The translations under genes and the position numbers were made by a program. From an uncultured Gemmatimonadales bacterium (lineage in GTDB: Bacteria; Gemmatimonadota; Gemmatimonadetes; Longimicrobiales; RSA9): DNA of 64,000 nucleotides. The notes below the pieces were generated by a model. The model saw only the letters and a program-made list of their open reading frames with translations. It did not search any database and was not told the DNA's origin. The stretch is from the NCBI GenBank assembly GCA_963708135.1, contig OY970192.1, positions 4,288,001-4,352,000 of the forward strand, read 5' to 3'. This document shows positions 29,815-40,285 of this stretch, piece after piece (position 1 is the first letter of the stretch; the number at the start of each line of letters is the position of its first letter).

Positions 29815-30509
29815 CCGTAGAGGAAGTACAGGTCCGTCGTCCGCACGGCGACGTCCCAGCCCAGCGCCGCCAGCCTCGCCTCCAGCTCCGCCGGCTCGTA
29901 GAAGACCTTCACGACATCGAACTCGCGGCCGTCGTTCAGGCGACGCCGCGCCACGGGATCGCCGGGTGGGGGAAGCGGCTGGTCGCGCGCGGTCGTCGTC
30001 GAGACCCGGAGCGAGTCCACGAAGAAGACCCGCCCGCCCGGCCGGAGCGCCGCGCGCACCGTCTCCCAGAAGCGCTCGAACCGAGCCTCCGGCACGTGCG
30101 ACAGCCAGAACGAGAAGAACACCACGTCGTGTAGCGGCTCCGGCCGGAGCTCGAAGAGGTCGGCGACGACGTAGTCGATCGCGGCCCGCGCGTCCCGGTC
30201 CTGCAGCGCCGCCAGCCGCCGGCGGTTCAGCTCGAGCGTCTCGGGCGACGCGTCCACGGCGGTGACGCGGTCCGCGAGCCGCGCCAGCCGCTCTGTCCAC
30301 CAGCCGGTGCCGGACGCCAGCTCGAGCACGCGCCCGCGCGGCCCGAAACCCTCGAGCGCCGCCTCCACCTCCGCGACCTCCTCCGCCCAGAGCCGGTTGA
30401 GCTCCGGCCCCATGTCGTAGCGCCCGCGCCGCTCGAACCACTCGTCGTATTCCCCCGCCCTGGCCCGGTAGTACGCCTTCTGCTCCTCGAGGAGCGGATC
30501 CTCCGTCAT
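29793..30509 (-). CDS. Class I SAM-dependent methyltransferase
   Basis: VLELASGTG, AVDASPE, FWLSHVP, ALRPGGRV. Confidence 0.9.
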   Translation of the reverse strand: MTEDPLLEEQKAYYRARAGEYDEWFERRGRYDMGPELNRLWAEEVAEVEAALEGFGPRGRVLELASGTGWWTERLARLADRVTAVDASPETLELNRRRLAALQDRDARAAIDYVVADLFELRPEPLHDVVFFSFWLSHVPEARFERFWETVRAALRPGGRVFFVDSLRVSTTTARDQPLPPPGDPVARRRLNDGREFDVVKVFYEPAELEARLAALGWDVAVRTTDLYFLYGQGSRGA

Positions 30510-30575
30510 GCCCCCTCTCCTTCCGTTGTTACCCCACCCCCACCCCCACCCCCAACCTCCCCCTCACCCTCACCC

Positions 30576-31778
30576 TCACCCTTCGTTCGACAAGAGCCGC
30601 CCCGCCCCGATGATCCCATCCCCGAACCGCTCCCGCAGCGCATCGACGGCGCGGGCGAGGCGGCGGTCCTTCTCGGTCTCGAGGGCGCCGGCGTCGTCGC
30701 CCTCCAGGAGAGAGAGCTGCGTCGGCCCCTCGTCGGAGGTGAGCTGCGAGAGGTGCACGCCGAGCAGCCTGGAAGGCGTCCGGCGCTCGTGCCGCAGCCG
30801 CTCGAGGAGCGGCCGGGCGAGGCCGTAGATGGCGCGGTCGGATTCGATCGCGGCCGGCACGGTACGGCTCGCCTGGCGGGTGGTGAAGTCGGCGTCGCGG
30901 AGCTTGACCGAGACGGTGCGGGCGCGCAGCGCCTCCCGGCGCAGGTCGGCGGCGGCGCGGGCGACGAGCGCGAGCAGCTCGGCCTCGAGCGCGGCGTCGT
31001 CATCCAGGTCGCGCGAGAAGGTCTCCTCGCGGCTGATCGACTTGGCGCCGCCGGGCGGCTCGACGGGCGTGGGGTCGATGCCGCGGATCCGGTCGTGGAG
31101 CCAGGCGCCGGTGGTCTCGCCGAGGGTGGCCACGAGCGCGGCGCGGTCCACGGCCAGCGCGTCGCGTACGCTCACGAGCCCGTGGCGGGCGAGGCGCTCC
31201 TCGAGCCGGGGGCCGACGCCGGGGATGTCGCGCAGGGCGAGCTCGGCCAGGAAGGCGCCCTCCTCGCCCGGCTCGACCACGTGGACGCCGGCCGGCTTGG
31301 CCCTGCCGGCGGCCAGCTTCGCCACCAGTCGGGACGTGCCGCCGCCGATCGAGACCTGGATCTCGGTCTCGGCGAGCACGGCGGCCTGGATGCGGCGCGC
31401 GACCTCGGCGAGCGGCGCGCCGCCATAGAGCGCCTCGGTGCCGCCGAGGTCGAGGTAGAACTCGTCGATCGAGGCTGGCAGCACCACGGGCGCGAAGCGC
31501 TCGAGCACGCGCCGGACGTCGCGGCTCCTCCGCCCGCACGCGGCGCGCGGCACCGGCACCACCGTGGCGGCGGGGCAGAGCCGGAGCGCCCGCGCGGTCG
31601 GCATCCCGGAGCGCACGCCGAAGGGCCGGCAGGCGTAGGCGGCGGAGGTGATCACGCCGCGGTGCTCGCTCGAGCCGCCCACGAGCAGCAGCTCGATCCG
31701 GCCAGCGCCCTCGGGGTCCTCGAGGCGCGCGACCTGGACGAAGTAGGCGTCGCAGTCGACGAGGAGGATGCGGCGCAT
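30576..31778 (-). CDS. dinB: DNA polymerase IV (Y family)
   Basis: ILLVDCDAYF, SIDEFYLD, KLAAGRAKPAG, KSISREETF. Confidence 0.94.
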   Translation of the reverse strand: MRRILLVDCDAYFVQVARLEDPEGAGRIELLLVGGSSEHRGVITSAAYACRPFGVRSGMPTARALRLCPAATVVPVPRAACGRRSRDVRRVLERFAPVVLPASIDEFYLDLGGTEALYGGAPLAEVARRIQAAVLAETEIQVSIGGGTSRLVAKLAAGRAKPAGVHVVEPGEEGAFLAELALRDIPGVGPRLEERLARHGLVSVRDALAVDRAALVATLGETTGAWLHDRIRGIDPTPVEPPGGAKSISREETFSRDLDDDAALEAELLALVARAAADLRREALRARTVSVKLRDADFTTRQASRTVPAAIESDRAIYGLARPLLERLRHERRTPSRLLGVHLSQLTSDEGPTQLSLLEGDDAGALETEKDRRLARAVDALRERFGDGIIGAGRLLSNEG

Positions 31779-31974
31779 GGGAGGACTCAGGATTCGGGAC
31801 TCGGGATCGAGGATTGAAGTGGAATCCAGTAGACCACGGCCCTGGGCCACGAGCCAGGGGCCACGGGTGGAGGATACAGGATCTGCGGCTCGGGGTCGAG
31901 GGTCGGCGCGCGCCCGCCCGGCTGGCACACCGGTTGCCCCATTACGGGCAGTCGCCAAACCAGAGGGGAGCAGC

Positions 31975-33093
31975 ATGCGCATCGCCGTCATCTCCACGCC
32001 TTTCGTGGACGTGCCGCCGCGGGACTACGGCGGCACGGAGCTGGTGGTCTACGAGCTCGCGGAGGGGCTGACCCGACGTGGGCACGAGGTGGTCCTGTTC
32101 GCGACCGGCGAGTCGCGCACCAGCGCCGAGCTTCGCTGGCTCTATCCGCGCGCGCAGTGGCCACCGGCCATGCTCCCGGACGTGGAGCACGTGGCGTGGG
32201 CGCTCGCGCAGGTGCGCGCGGAGGGGTTCGACCTGGTCCAGGCGAACTCTGCGGCGACGCTGGCCATGGGCCGCCTGGTCCCGGAGGTGCCGATCGTCTA
32301 TACGCTGCACCACGCGCGCGATGCGGGACTGTCGGCCTTCTACCGTCGCTTTCCGGAGGCATGGTACGTGGCGATCTCGGCGGACCAGCGCTCCCGGGAG
32401 GTGCTGGTGCCGCACTGCGACGTCATCCACCACGGGCTCGACCCGGCGAACTACCGAGTGGCGTCGCGGGCGGAGGACTACGTCTGCTTCGTTGGCCGGT
32501 TCGCCTGCGTCAAGGGGCCGCACACCGCGATCGACGCGGCCGCGCGCGCGGGCGTGCGGATCCGCGTCGCGGGCGAGGTGCACCCGGTGGACCGGGAGTT
32601 CGGCGCGCGCGAGGTCGAGCCGCGCCTCGCCCGGCCCCACGTCGAGTATCTCGGCCGGATCGGGCTGCGCGAGAAGGCGCCGTTGCTCGCCGGCGCGCGG
32701 GCGCTGCTCGCGCCGATCGAGTGGGACGAGCCGTTCGGCCTCGCCCTGATCGAGGCCATGCTCTCCGGTTGCCCCGTGGTGGCCTACGGCCGCGGCAGCG
32801 TGCGGGAGCTGGTCGAGGAGGGGGTGACCGGCTTCATCGCGCGCGACGCGGACCACCTGGTCGCGCTCATCCGGCACGGCGGCCCGCTGGACGACTTCGA
32901 CCGCGCCGCGTGCCGCGCCCGTGCCGTGAAGCGCTTCAGCGCGGACCGCATGGTGCGCGACTACGAGCGGCTGTTCGAGCGGGTGCTCCGCGCGCGCGAG
33001 GCGGCCGCGGCCGCGCCGGCGGGCGCCGCGGTCGCTCCGATCCCCGGAATGGCGGGAGCCAATGGCGAGTCGGACTACGGCCTCGTCGCCTGA
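31975..33093 (+). CDS. GT4-family glycosyltransferase
   Basis: VPPRDYGGTE, KGPH.AI, EWDEPFGL..IEAM.SG.PVVA. Confidence 0.93.
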   Translation: MRIAVISTPFVDVPPRDYGGTELVVYELAEGLTRRGHEVVLFATGESRTSAELRWLYPRAQWPPAMLPDVEHVAWALAQVRAEGFDLVQANSAATLAMGRLVPEVPIVYTLHHARDAGLSAFYRRFPEAWYVAISADQRSREVLVPHCDVIHHGLDPANYRVASRAEDYVCFVGRFACVKGPHTAIDAAARAGVRIRVAGEVHPVDREFGAREVEPRLARPHVEYLGRIGLREKAPLLAGARALLAPIEWDEPFGLALIEAMLSGCPVVAYGRGSVRELVEEGVTGFIARDADHLVALIRHGGPLDDFDRAACRARAVKRFSADRMVRDYERLFERVLRAREAAAAAPAGAAVAPIPGMAGANGESDYGLVA

Positions 33094-35524
33094 CGCGGTG
33101 GCGGACGAGCGCACCATTCCGATGGAGGAAGCGGTGGGCTACACCTCCATCGACTGCGGGCACGAGCCGACCATCTTCGGCAAGCTCGTGCTCAAGCACG
33201 ACCGCATCTTCCTGCTGCTGGACGAGCACGGCAACGTGGAGCCGCCGGGCAGCTGCGACCTGGGGCTGTTCGAGGACGACACGCGCATGCTCAGCCACTA
33301 CGCGCTCTGGTTCGATGCGGGCGAGCCCGCGGTGTTGTCGAGCCAGGTGCCGGACGTCTACCGGGCCCAGATCGACCTCGCCATGCGCAGCACCGCGCTC
33401 GGCGTGCAGGAGGGCGAATCGCGCAGCGTGGTGCACGTCCGGCGCGAGATCCTGCTCGAGGACCGGCTGGTCGAGCGCGTCACGATCACCAACTACCTGA
33501 CGCGCGGAGTGGACCTCTCCTTCGCGCTGAGGGTGGCATCCGACTTCGCCGACATCTTCGAGGTGCGCGGCTGGGACCGCGACGGGCGCGGCGAGTTCCT
33601 CGAGCCGCGCGTGGGCGAGCGCTCGATCGTCTTCGGCTACATCGGCGTGGACGGCAGGCCGATCCGCAGCGCGCTCCGCTTCGCCGAGGCGCCCGCCGCG
33701 CCGCCGGACGAGGTGGACCGCCGCGGCGCCCGCTGGCGGCTGCACCTCGAGCCGAACCAGTGCCAGACCGTCGAGTGGCAGGTGCTCACGGACTCGCTGC
33801 TGCGCGAGAGCGTTGCGCCCGGCCCCGCGGACACCGCCGATCCGGCCCTCGCGCCGTTCGAGGACGAGGACGAGGACGAGGGGGGCTCCGGACCCGGTGG
33901 GGGCGGCAAGGCCGCGCGGGACCTGGCCGGCGGGAACGGAACGGGCGGCCGGAACGACGGCCGCGCCCGGGAGCAAGGCGACGGGCACCGCGCGCCGCCG
34001 GGGCCGCTGTCCGGCCCGGACGAGTGGATGCACGGGGTGCAGCCCGGCGCGTCGCTGATCCGGCGCCGGGCGCGCATGGCCCGCGTCTACGAGGACTGGC
34101 GCGACGCGTGCGCCGGCTGGTCGAGCGACGTGGCCGAGTTCGACCTGGCCCTCGACCAGGCGGTGGACGACCTGCGCGCGCTGTACTCGGAGGCCGACGG
34201 GGAGCCGATTCTCTCGGCCGGCATCCCGTGGTACACGACGGCGTTCGGCCGCGATTCCATCATCGCCTCGCTCCAGACGCTGGCGCTGAATCCGCGCATC
34301 GCGCGCGACACGCTGCGCTGGCTCGCCCACCACCAGGGCACCAAGGAGGACGCGTACACGGAGGAGCAGCCGGGTCGGATCATGCACGAGCTGCGGCGGG
34401 GCGAGATGGCGCGCGCGGGCGAGGTCCCGCACACGCCGTACTACGGCACGGTGGACGCGACGCCGCTCTGGCTGATCCTGCTGCACGAGACCTGGCGCTG
34501 GACCGGCGATGCCGGCCTCGTCCGCGAGCTGCTGCCCAACGCCGACCGCGCGCTCGACTGGATCGACCGCTGCGGCGACCTCGACGGCGACGGCTTCATC
34601 GAGTACGCCCGCAGGAGCGACAAGGGGCTCGTCAACCAGGGCTGGAAGGACTCGACCGACGGCGTGCCGTTCCCCGACGGCACGCTGCCCCAGGGGCCGA
34701 TCGCGCTGGTCGAGGTGCAGGGCTACGTGCACGACGCCAAACGGCGCATGGCCGAGCTCTACGAGGCCTTCGGCGACGACGAGCGCGCCGCCCGCCTGCG
34801 CCGCGAGGCCGCCGCGATGGCCGACCGCATCCGGACCCGCTTCTGGCTCGAGGACCTCGGCACCTTCGCCATCGCGCTGGATGGCGAGAAGCGGCCGCTC
34901 CCGACCGCCACCAGCAACGCCGGGCACCTGCTCTGGAGCCGCGTGCCCACGGACGCCCAGGCCGCACGCCTGGGCGAGCAGCTCCTCGACGACCCCATGT
35001 TCTCCGGCTGGGGCATCCGCACGCTCGCCGCGGGCCACCCCGTCTACAACCCGATGAGCTACCACGACGGCAGCGTCTGGCCCCACGACAACTCGCTGAT
35101 CGGGCTGGGCCTCTCGCTCTACGGCCAGACCGACCGCGTGCTGCCCGTCCTCCAGTCGCTCTACGAGGCGACGCGCGCCATGACCTTCCGCCGCCTCCCC
35201 GAGCTCTTCTGCGGGATGCGGCGCGGCCACAGGAGCTCCCGCCCCGTGCTCTACCCCGTGAGCTGCTCGCCCCAGGCGTGGGCCTCGGGCGCCCTCTTCC
35301 TCCTGCTCCAGGCCGTCACCGGACTGCTCCCGGACGCGAACACCGGCGTGCTCCACATCCGGCAGCCCACCCTCCCCCGCTTCCTGCATCGCCTGCAGGT
35401 GGACCGCCTCCGCATCGGAGGGTCGGTCGTGTCGCTCCAGCTCAGGCGGCACGGCGAGAGGACGCTGGCCAACCTGCTCAACGTGGAAGGTGATGACCTG
35501 CAGGTGAGGATCGAGTTCGACTGA
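33062..35524 (+). CDS. Amylo-alpha-1,6-glucosidase / glycogen-debranching-like (alpha/alpha)6 hydrolase
   Basis: AGIPWYTTAFGRDS, YYGTVDATPL, NQGWKDS, YHDGSVWPHDN, LPELFCG, PQAWAS; start may be GTG 33098. Confidence 0.9.
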   Translation: MASRTTASSPDAVADERTIPMEEAVGYTSIDCGHEPTIFGKLVLKHDRIFLLLDEHGNVEPPGSCDLGLFEDDTRMLSHYALWFDAGEPAVLSSQVPDVYRAQIDLAMRSTALGVQEGESRSVVHVRREILLEDRLVERVTITNYLTRGVDLSFALRVASDFADIFEVRGWDRDGRGEFLEPRVGERSIVFGYIGVDGRPIRSALRFAEAPAAPPDEVDRRGARWRLHLEPNQCQTVEWQVLTDSLLRESVAPGPADTADPALAPFEDEDEDEGGSGPGGGGKAARDLAGGNGTGGRNDGRAREQGDGHRAPPGPLSGPDEWMHGVQPGASLIRRRARMARVYEDWRDACAGWSSDVAEFDLALDQAVDDLRALYSEADGEPILSAGIPWYTTAFGRDSIIASLQTLALNPRIARDTLRWLAHHQGTKEDAYTEEQPGRIMHELRRGEMARAGEVPHTPYYGTVDATPLWLILLHETWRWTGDAGLVRELLPNADRALDWIDRCGDLDGDGFIEYARRSDKGLVNQGWKDSTDGVPFPDGTLPQGPIALVEVQGYVHDAKRRMAELYEAFGDDERAARLRREAAAMADRIRTRFWLEDLGTFAIALDGEKRPLPTATSNAGHLLWSRVPTDAQAARLGEQLLDDPMFSGWGIRTLAAGHPVYNPMSYHDGSVWPHDNSLIGLGLSLYGQTDRVLPVLQSLYEATRAMTFRRLPELFCGMRRGHRSSRPVLYPVSCSPQAWASGALFLLLQAVTGLLPDANTGVLHIRQPTLPRFLHRLQVDRLRIGGSVVSLQLRRHGERTLANLLNVEGDDLQVRIEFD

Positions 35525-35803
35525 CGCTGAGCGGGGGGAGCGGGCTGGCTCGGATTCACGCCGCTCTCGCGGCTCGGCGCATCTCCGCGGCTCGGCGCAT
35601 CGCTGTGGCTCGGCGGCTGCCGGCCGTAGCTCCGGCCGCCGGGCGGGGCTTCTCTCTCGCGGGGTCGCGGAGGATTCGCAGAGCCGCGGAGCCCCACTTC
35701 CAACGCCCCCTCTCTCTTCTCCCCTCACCCCCTCCCTCACCCTGTACTCACCCCAACCCGAATCCCCACCCTCCCCCTCTCCCTCTCCCTCTCCCTTCCG
35801 TCC

Positions 35804-36634
35804 CTATCCCCCCGCGAGGTGCCGTAAGTATCGGTCGGGGTCGTTCAGGAACTCGCGCGTCAGGCGGACGTGCTCGAGCTCGTCGAACCGGACGGCGGCG
35901 GGCGGGACGCGGTCGAAGCTCAGGATCGTGGCGCCGGGGAAGCCGAGCAGGATCGGCGAGTGGGTGGCGATCACGAACTGCGCGTCCTGCGCGACCATGT
36001 CCATCAGCATGGCGATGAGGGCGAGCTGGTTCTGCGGCGAGAGCGGCGCCTCGGGCTCGTCGAGCAGGTACAGCCCGCCCGGCACGAAGCGCGACTGGAA
36101 CAGCTTCAGGAACCCCTCGCCGTGAGAGCGGGCGTCCAGCGAGACGCCGTAGCTCCGCTCCAGCTCGGCGAGCGAGCTGGCGACGGGGCCCAGGGCCCGC
36201 CGCTTGTGGTAGTCCGACGCACCGTGCATCTCTGGGTCCGCCTCGAGCTCGGCGTTCCGCGCGGCCAGCTCGGCGCGCAGCTCGGAGGCCCGCCGCGCGA
36301 AGCCGAAGAAGTCCTCCGCCCGGAGAAAGAATCCTCGTCGCGTGCGACGATTCCACACGAGCTTCAGCCGCGCGCCGAGCCCCCGCTGCGCCCGCAGCGT
36401 GTCGTCCGCCTCGACCGGCGCCGCGCCCACCGCGATCGAGCCGGCTGCGGCCGCGAGCCCCTCGAGCAGCGTGGACTTGCCCGAGCCGTTCTCGCCGACG
36501 AGGAAGGTGACCGGGGTGGTCAGCTCGAGAGTTCCGAGGGAGCGGATGGCGGGGACGGAGAAGGGGAAGGCGTCGCCGCCGTCCGTGGGCGGACGGTAGG
36601 TGACCGAGCGGAGAGGAGGCCTGGTCTGCGGCAT
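35804..36634 (-). CDS. Stand-alone ABC/AAA_21-type ATPase
   Basis: GENGSGKSTLLE, SHGEGF, YLLDEPEAPLSP, IATHSPIL. Confidence 0.9.
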   Translation of the reverse strand: MPQTRPPLRSVTYRPPTDGGDAFPFSVPAIRSLGTLELTTPVTFLVGENGSGKSTLLEGLAAAAGSIAVGAAPVEADDTLRAQRGLGARLKLVWNRRTRRGFFLRAEDFFGFARRASELRAELAARNAELEADPEMHGASDYHKRRALGPVASSLAELERSYGVSLDARSHGEGFLKLFQSRFVPGGLYLLDEPEAPLSPQNQLALIAMLMDMVAQDAQFVIATHSPILLGFPGATILSFDRVPPAAVRFDELEHVRLTREFLNDPDRYLRHLAGG

Positions 36635-36737
36635 CCCGCATGGTAGCCGGTGGGCAACGCGAGGGGTAGATGCTCGGCGGGACGCGTCACAGAGGCGGGA
36701 CCTGCGAGGCAGGACGACGCGGATGGAGGAGCCGGAG

Positions 36738-37865
36738 ATGCGGTTGAGCGGAAGGTTGGCGGTGGGCCGATTCCGATGGGTGCTCGCGGGCCTCATGGCG
36801 GGGCTCGGTGGCGGCACGGTCGCCGTGCTTGCGGCCGCGTCGTTACCACCGCCCGGAGAGGCCGCCGCCGGCAAGGGAGCGGCCATGGGCGGGATCCTGG
36901 CGGCGTCGGCGTCGCCTGCGGCGGTCTCGTACTCTGGCCCCGTCTGCGAGGCGGTCTGGCACGATGCAGCGCGCGACCGCGACGTGCCGGTGCGGATCCG
37001 GATGCCGGCGGGCACGGGGCAGGTGCCGGTGATCCTCTTCTCGCACGGGCTGGGCGGCTCGCTCGACGCGGGCACGACCTGGGGCGAGGCGTGGGCGAGA
37101 AACGGCTTCGCGGTCGTGCACCTGCAGCACCACGGCAGCGATGATGCGCTCTGGCGCGGCAAGTCCCGTCCGGCGGCGATACTGGCGGCAATGCGCTCGG
37201 GGATGACGGCCGAGCAGCTGATCGCGCGCGCCGGGGACGTGCATTTCGTGCTCGACGAGCTGGCGCGCCGGCCCCGCGAGGGCCGCTGCGACCTCACGCG
37301 CATCGACCTCTCCCGCATCGGCATGTCGGGCCACAGCTTCGGCGCGCAGACGACGCTGGCTGTCGCCGGCGAGAGCTTCCCCGGGACCGGCGACGGTGCG
37401 CTGCGCGACGGGCGCATCCGCGCCGCCGTCGCCTTCAGTCCGGCGCCGCCGCGGGGCGCGAGCGAAGAGGCGACCCGCCAGGCCGTCGCGACCATCCGCA
37501 TCCCCTTCTTCTCGCTCACCGGCACGGAGGACCAGGTCCCCGTGCTCACGCGCACCACGCCCGAAGAGCGGACGCTGCCGTACCGCTACATGCCCCCGGG
37601 CGGCAAGTACCTGCTCGTGCTGAAGGGCGCCGGCCACGCGGCGTTCGGCGGGCAGTCGCCGGCCGAGACCGGCCGCCGCGGCGGGTGGTGGGCGCGCCAT
37701 GGCGCCGGCAGCGCGCCGCCCGCGCACGTGGACAGCGTCGCCGTCGCGTCCACGCTCGCGTTCTGGAAGGCGACGCTGCTCGGCGACCCCGCCGCGCGCG
37801 ACTTCCTCACCGGCGGCGGAGTGCAGCGGCTGCTGGCGCCGGGGGATCGGTTCGAGAGCAAGTGA
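36738..37865 (+). CDS. Secreted alpha/beta hydrolase (dienelactone-hydrolase/PAF-AH-like)
   Basis: FSHGLGGS, GHSFG, TGTED, GAGHAAF. Confidence 0.88.
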   Translation: MRLSGRLAVGRFRWVLAGLMAGLGGGTVAVLAAASLPPPGEAAAGKGAAMGGILAASASPAAVSYSGPVCEAVWHDAARDRDVPVRIRMPAGTGQVPVILFSHGLGGSLDAGTTWGEAWARNGFAVVHLQHHGSDDALWRGKSRPAAILAAMRSGMTAEQLIARAGDVHFVLDELARRPREGRCDLTRIDLSRIGMSGHSFGAQTTLAVAGESFPGTGDGALRDGRIRAAVAFSPAPPRGASEEATRQAVATIRIPFFSLTGTEDQVPVLTRTTPEERTLPYRYMPPGGKYLLVLKGAGHAAFGGQSPAETGRRGGWWARHGAGSAPPAHVDSVAVASTLAFWKATLLGDPAARDFLTGGGVQRLLAPGDRFESK

Positions 37866-38033
37866 GGCGGTTCGGGCGCGAAGCGCCTCGGGCCGCCTCG
37901 GCGGGGTACCGATCGTGGCTGACTCGACCACCTGAAGCCCTTCCGGGCAATGGATGGGAGCCGCGGCCCCGCTATGTCACCACGTCGGGTGGGCCGTCCG
38001 GGCGGGTCCGCTGGAGCTCCGCGGCCGCCACGA

Positions 38034-39905
38034 TCACCGCACCGGAATGGCCTCGATCAGGCCGTTCGGGACGGCGCGGCCGCTCTCGTCCCGCGTGATG
38101 CTGAACCGGGCCTTGCGGTACGCCGTCTGGAGCGAGGCATCCAGCCGCGCGTCCCCCGAGCTCCGCAGAAGCTTCGCCGCGGAGACCTTCCCCTCGGCAT
38201 CGACCGCGAGCGCGACCGCGAAGATATGTGCGCCACTGTTCGATGAGGCGGTGCCGGCAAGCGCCGCCTTCACCGCCGTGTGCACCGCCTCCTCGTTGAG
38301 CGTCGTCGGAATCCGCCGGGGGGTGATGGCCTCGGTGCGGAGGAACGCCTTGGTCTCGAGGATGATGCGATGCATGTCTTCCTGAGTCGCATTGCTGAGC
38401 CGGACCGAGTCCGCCGGCACCACGTGCCCATTCTTCGCCTGGAACACGATCGGCACGGCGATCCAGACCGGCGTCGGCGTCCCCCGGTTGAGGGCTGGCT
38501 CGAAGCGCATCGAGGCCACGACGCGCAGCGCCGCCTGGTCGAGCGCCTCGTGGCCGCTGCCATCCTTATGCATGATCAACGTCTTCGCCACCTGGCCGTC
38601 CTCATCGATGTACAGCCACACCAACACCTTGCCGCCCACACCCGCATCCCGGAGCAGCGGCGGATAGTTCTCGATCAGCGCCTCCCGGGTCTCCGCGACG
38701 TTCGCGAGCTTCGGCGGGCTCGTGTAGGGGCGGTTTGGCGGTGTCCAGAACGCCTCCGCGGTGAAGTTGGGAGCGAAGTTGCCCGGCGGCGGAGCCTGGC
38801 CGGGACCGGCCACGCCCGCAGTGTCCCCGCCGGCCGCCGTCGCCCCGGTGGCCGCCCGCGCGCTCGTCGGCGGAGGCACGCGCGGCGCGTGCATGTTCAC
38901 GTTTGTCGGCGCGTCGGGGTGCGGCAGCCCGCACGCGCCGGCGGCAAGCAGCGCCCCACCGGCCAGGGCGGCCAGCGCCCGGCGGCCGCGACGGGACTGC
39001 GGCGCCGCGGTCAGCGCCCGGATCCGGCGCTCCAGCAGCGAGCGAGGCTCGGCGAACGTCGCCGCCCACGCCCCGGCACCACCTCGCCGGACGACGTCCA
39101 GCAGCAGCGCGCCGTAGCGGTGGCGGTCCGCGGCGCCGCGCAGCACGCGCGCGTCGCAGTCCAGCTCCAGCGCCAGCCGGAGCCGGCGCGCCTGCCACCA
39201 CAGCGCCGGGTTCCAGGGCGCAACCAGTAGCGCCAGGAACGAGAGCAGCAGCAGGCGCGGGTCCCCGGCGGCCACGTGCTCGCGCTCGTGCGCGACGATC
39301 ATGCGGCGCGCGGCGTCGCCTTCCTCGAGCACCCACGCGGGCAGCACGATCCGCTGGCGCAGCAGCCCCACGACGGCCGGGCCGGTGCCGGCCGAGACCA
39401 GCACGTCATGGCCGTCCACGCGTGCCGGCCGCGAGGAGCGGAGTGCGCGGCGCAGCCGCCACGCCGAGAGGACGAGGTACGCCGCGAGCGCCATGCTCGA
39501 CATGACCCAGAAGGCGACCAGAACGGGGCCGAACGGCTCCAGCCTCGCGTCCATCCGCGCCGCCGCCGCAGCGGCAGCCGCACGCAGCGCGCTCTCGAGC
39601 GCGCCCGCCTGGTGGATCCAGCCGGACAGCGTGGCAAGGAGCGCGGCGAGGCCGGTCGGCGAGGCCACCGTGGGGGCCGCGCCGGGCAGGACGCCGATCG
39701 TGCCGAAGGAGAGCGAGCCGCCCGCCGCGGCGGGGGAGGCCCGCAGCCACGCCGCGAGCGGAAGCGCCAGGGAGCCGGCCAGCGACAGAACCCACGCCCA
39801 GCGGCCGGGACGGCCGTAGAGGCGCGCCACCCGCTCCGCCCCGCCCGCCGCCGCGCCCAGAAGCAGCGCCACGGCCATCGTGTACAGCATCCAGTGCGCG
39901 ATCAT
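38034..39905 (-). CDS. M56 metallopeptidase fused to TonB C-terminal domain(s)
   Basis: HEREH, PWNPALWW, ELDCD; YPPLLRDAGVGG.V.V..YID.DG, ALDQAAL, RFEPA; second TonB_C-like unit at the end. Confidence 0.9.
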   Translation of the reverse strand: MIAHWMLYTMAVALLLGAAAGGAERVARLYGRPGRWAWVLSLAGSLALPLAAWLRASPAAAGGSLSFGTIGVLPGAAPTVASPTGLAALLATLSGWIHQAGALESALRAAAAAAAARMDARLEPFGPVLVAFWVMSSMALAAYLVLSAWRLRRALRSSRPARVDGHDVLVSAGTGPAVVGLLRQRIVLPAWVLEEGDAARRMIVAHEREHVAAGDPRLLLLSFLALLVAPWNPALWWQARRLRLALELDCDARVLRGAADRHRYGALLLDVVRRGGAGAWAATFAEPRSLLERRIRALTAAPQSRRGRRALAALAGGALLAAGACGLPHPDAPTNVNMHAPRVPPPTSARAATGATAAGGDTAGVAGPGQAPPPGNFAPNFTAEAFWTPPNRPYTSPPKLANVAETREALIENYPPLLRDAGVGGKVLVWLYIDEDGQVAKTLIMHKDGSGHEALDQAALRVVASMRFEPALNRGTPTPVWIAVPIVFQAKNGHVVPADSVRLSNATQEDMHRIILETKAFLRTEAITPRRIPTTLNEEAVHTAVKAALAGTASSNSGAHIFAVALAVDAEGKVSAAKLLRSSGDARLDASLQTAYRKARFSITRDESGRAVPNGLIEAIPVR

Positions 39906-40276
39906 CGCTCTTCCTCCTCGATCCGCATGTCGAGGAGCGCGCGCATCCGGCGCAGCTCCTCCGCCGTGAGCCGCTCGTCCGCCACCAGCCCCGTCAGCAG
40001 CAGCTCCGGCCGCCCCGCGAAGAGCTTCCGCGTCAGGCGCCGGAGCGCGCTCTCGCCCGCCTCGTCGCGCGCCACCAGCGGCTGGTAGCGGTGCGCCTTC
40101 CCCTCCTCCACGTGGTCCACGTGACCCTTCTCCTCGAGCGTCCGCAGCACCGTCAGCACCGTCGTGTACGCCAGCTCGTCCGCGAGCGCCTGGCGGACCT
40201 CCGCGACGGTCGAGGGCCCGCGCTCCCAGAGCACCGCCATGACATCGAGCTCTCGGTCGGTGAAGCTGATCTCCAT
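39902..40276 (-). CDS. BlaI/MecI/CopY-family repressor
   Basis: FTDRELDVMAVLW, LAYTTVLTVLRTLEEKG. Confidence 0.95.
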   Translation of the reverse strand: MEISFTDRELDVMAVLWERGPSTVAEVRQALADELAYTTVLTVLRTLEEKGHVDHVEEGKAHRYQPLVARDEAGESALRRLTRKLFAGRPELLLTGLVADERLTAEELRRMRALLDMRIEEEER

Positions 40277-40285
40277 CGTGGCCTC

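Noticed and set aside
31779..31974. LexA/SOS box upstream of dinB
   Set aside because: No convincing palindrome; the region is mostly degenerate heptamer repeats.
35804..36634. ATPase as part of a PARIS/Septu/Gabija-type defence system
   Set aside because: No adjacent nuclease or TOPRIM partner; housekeeping context.
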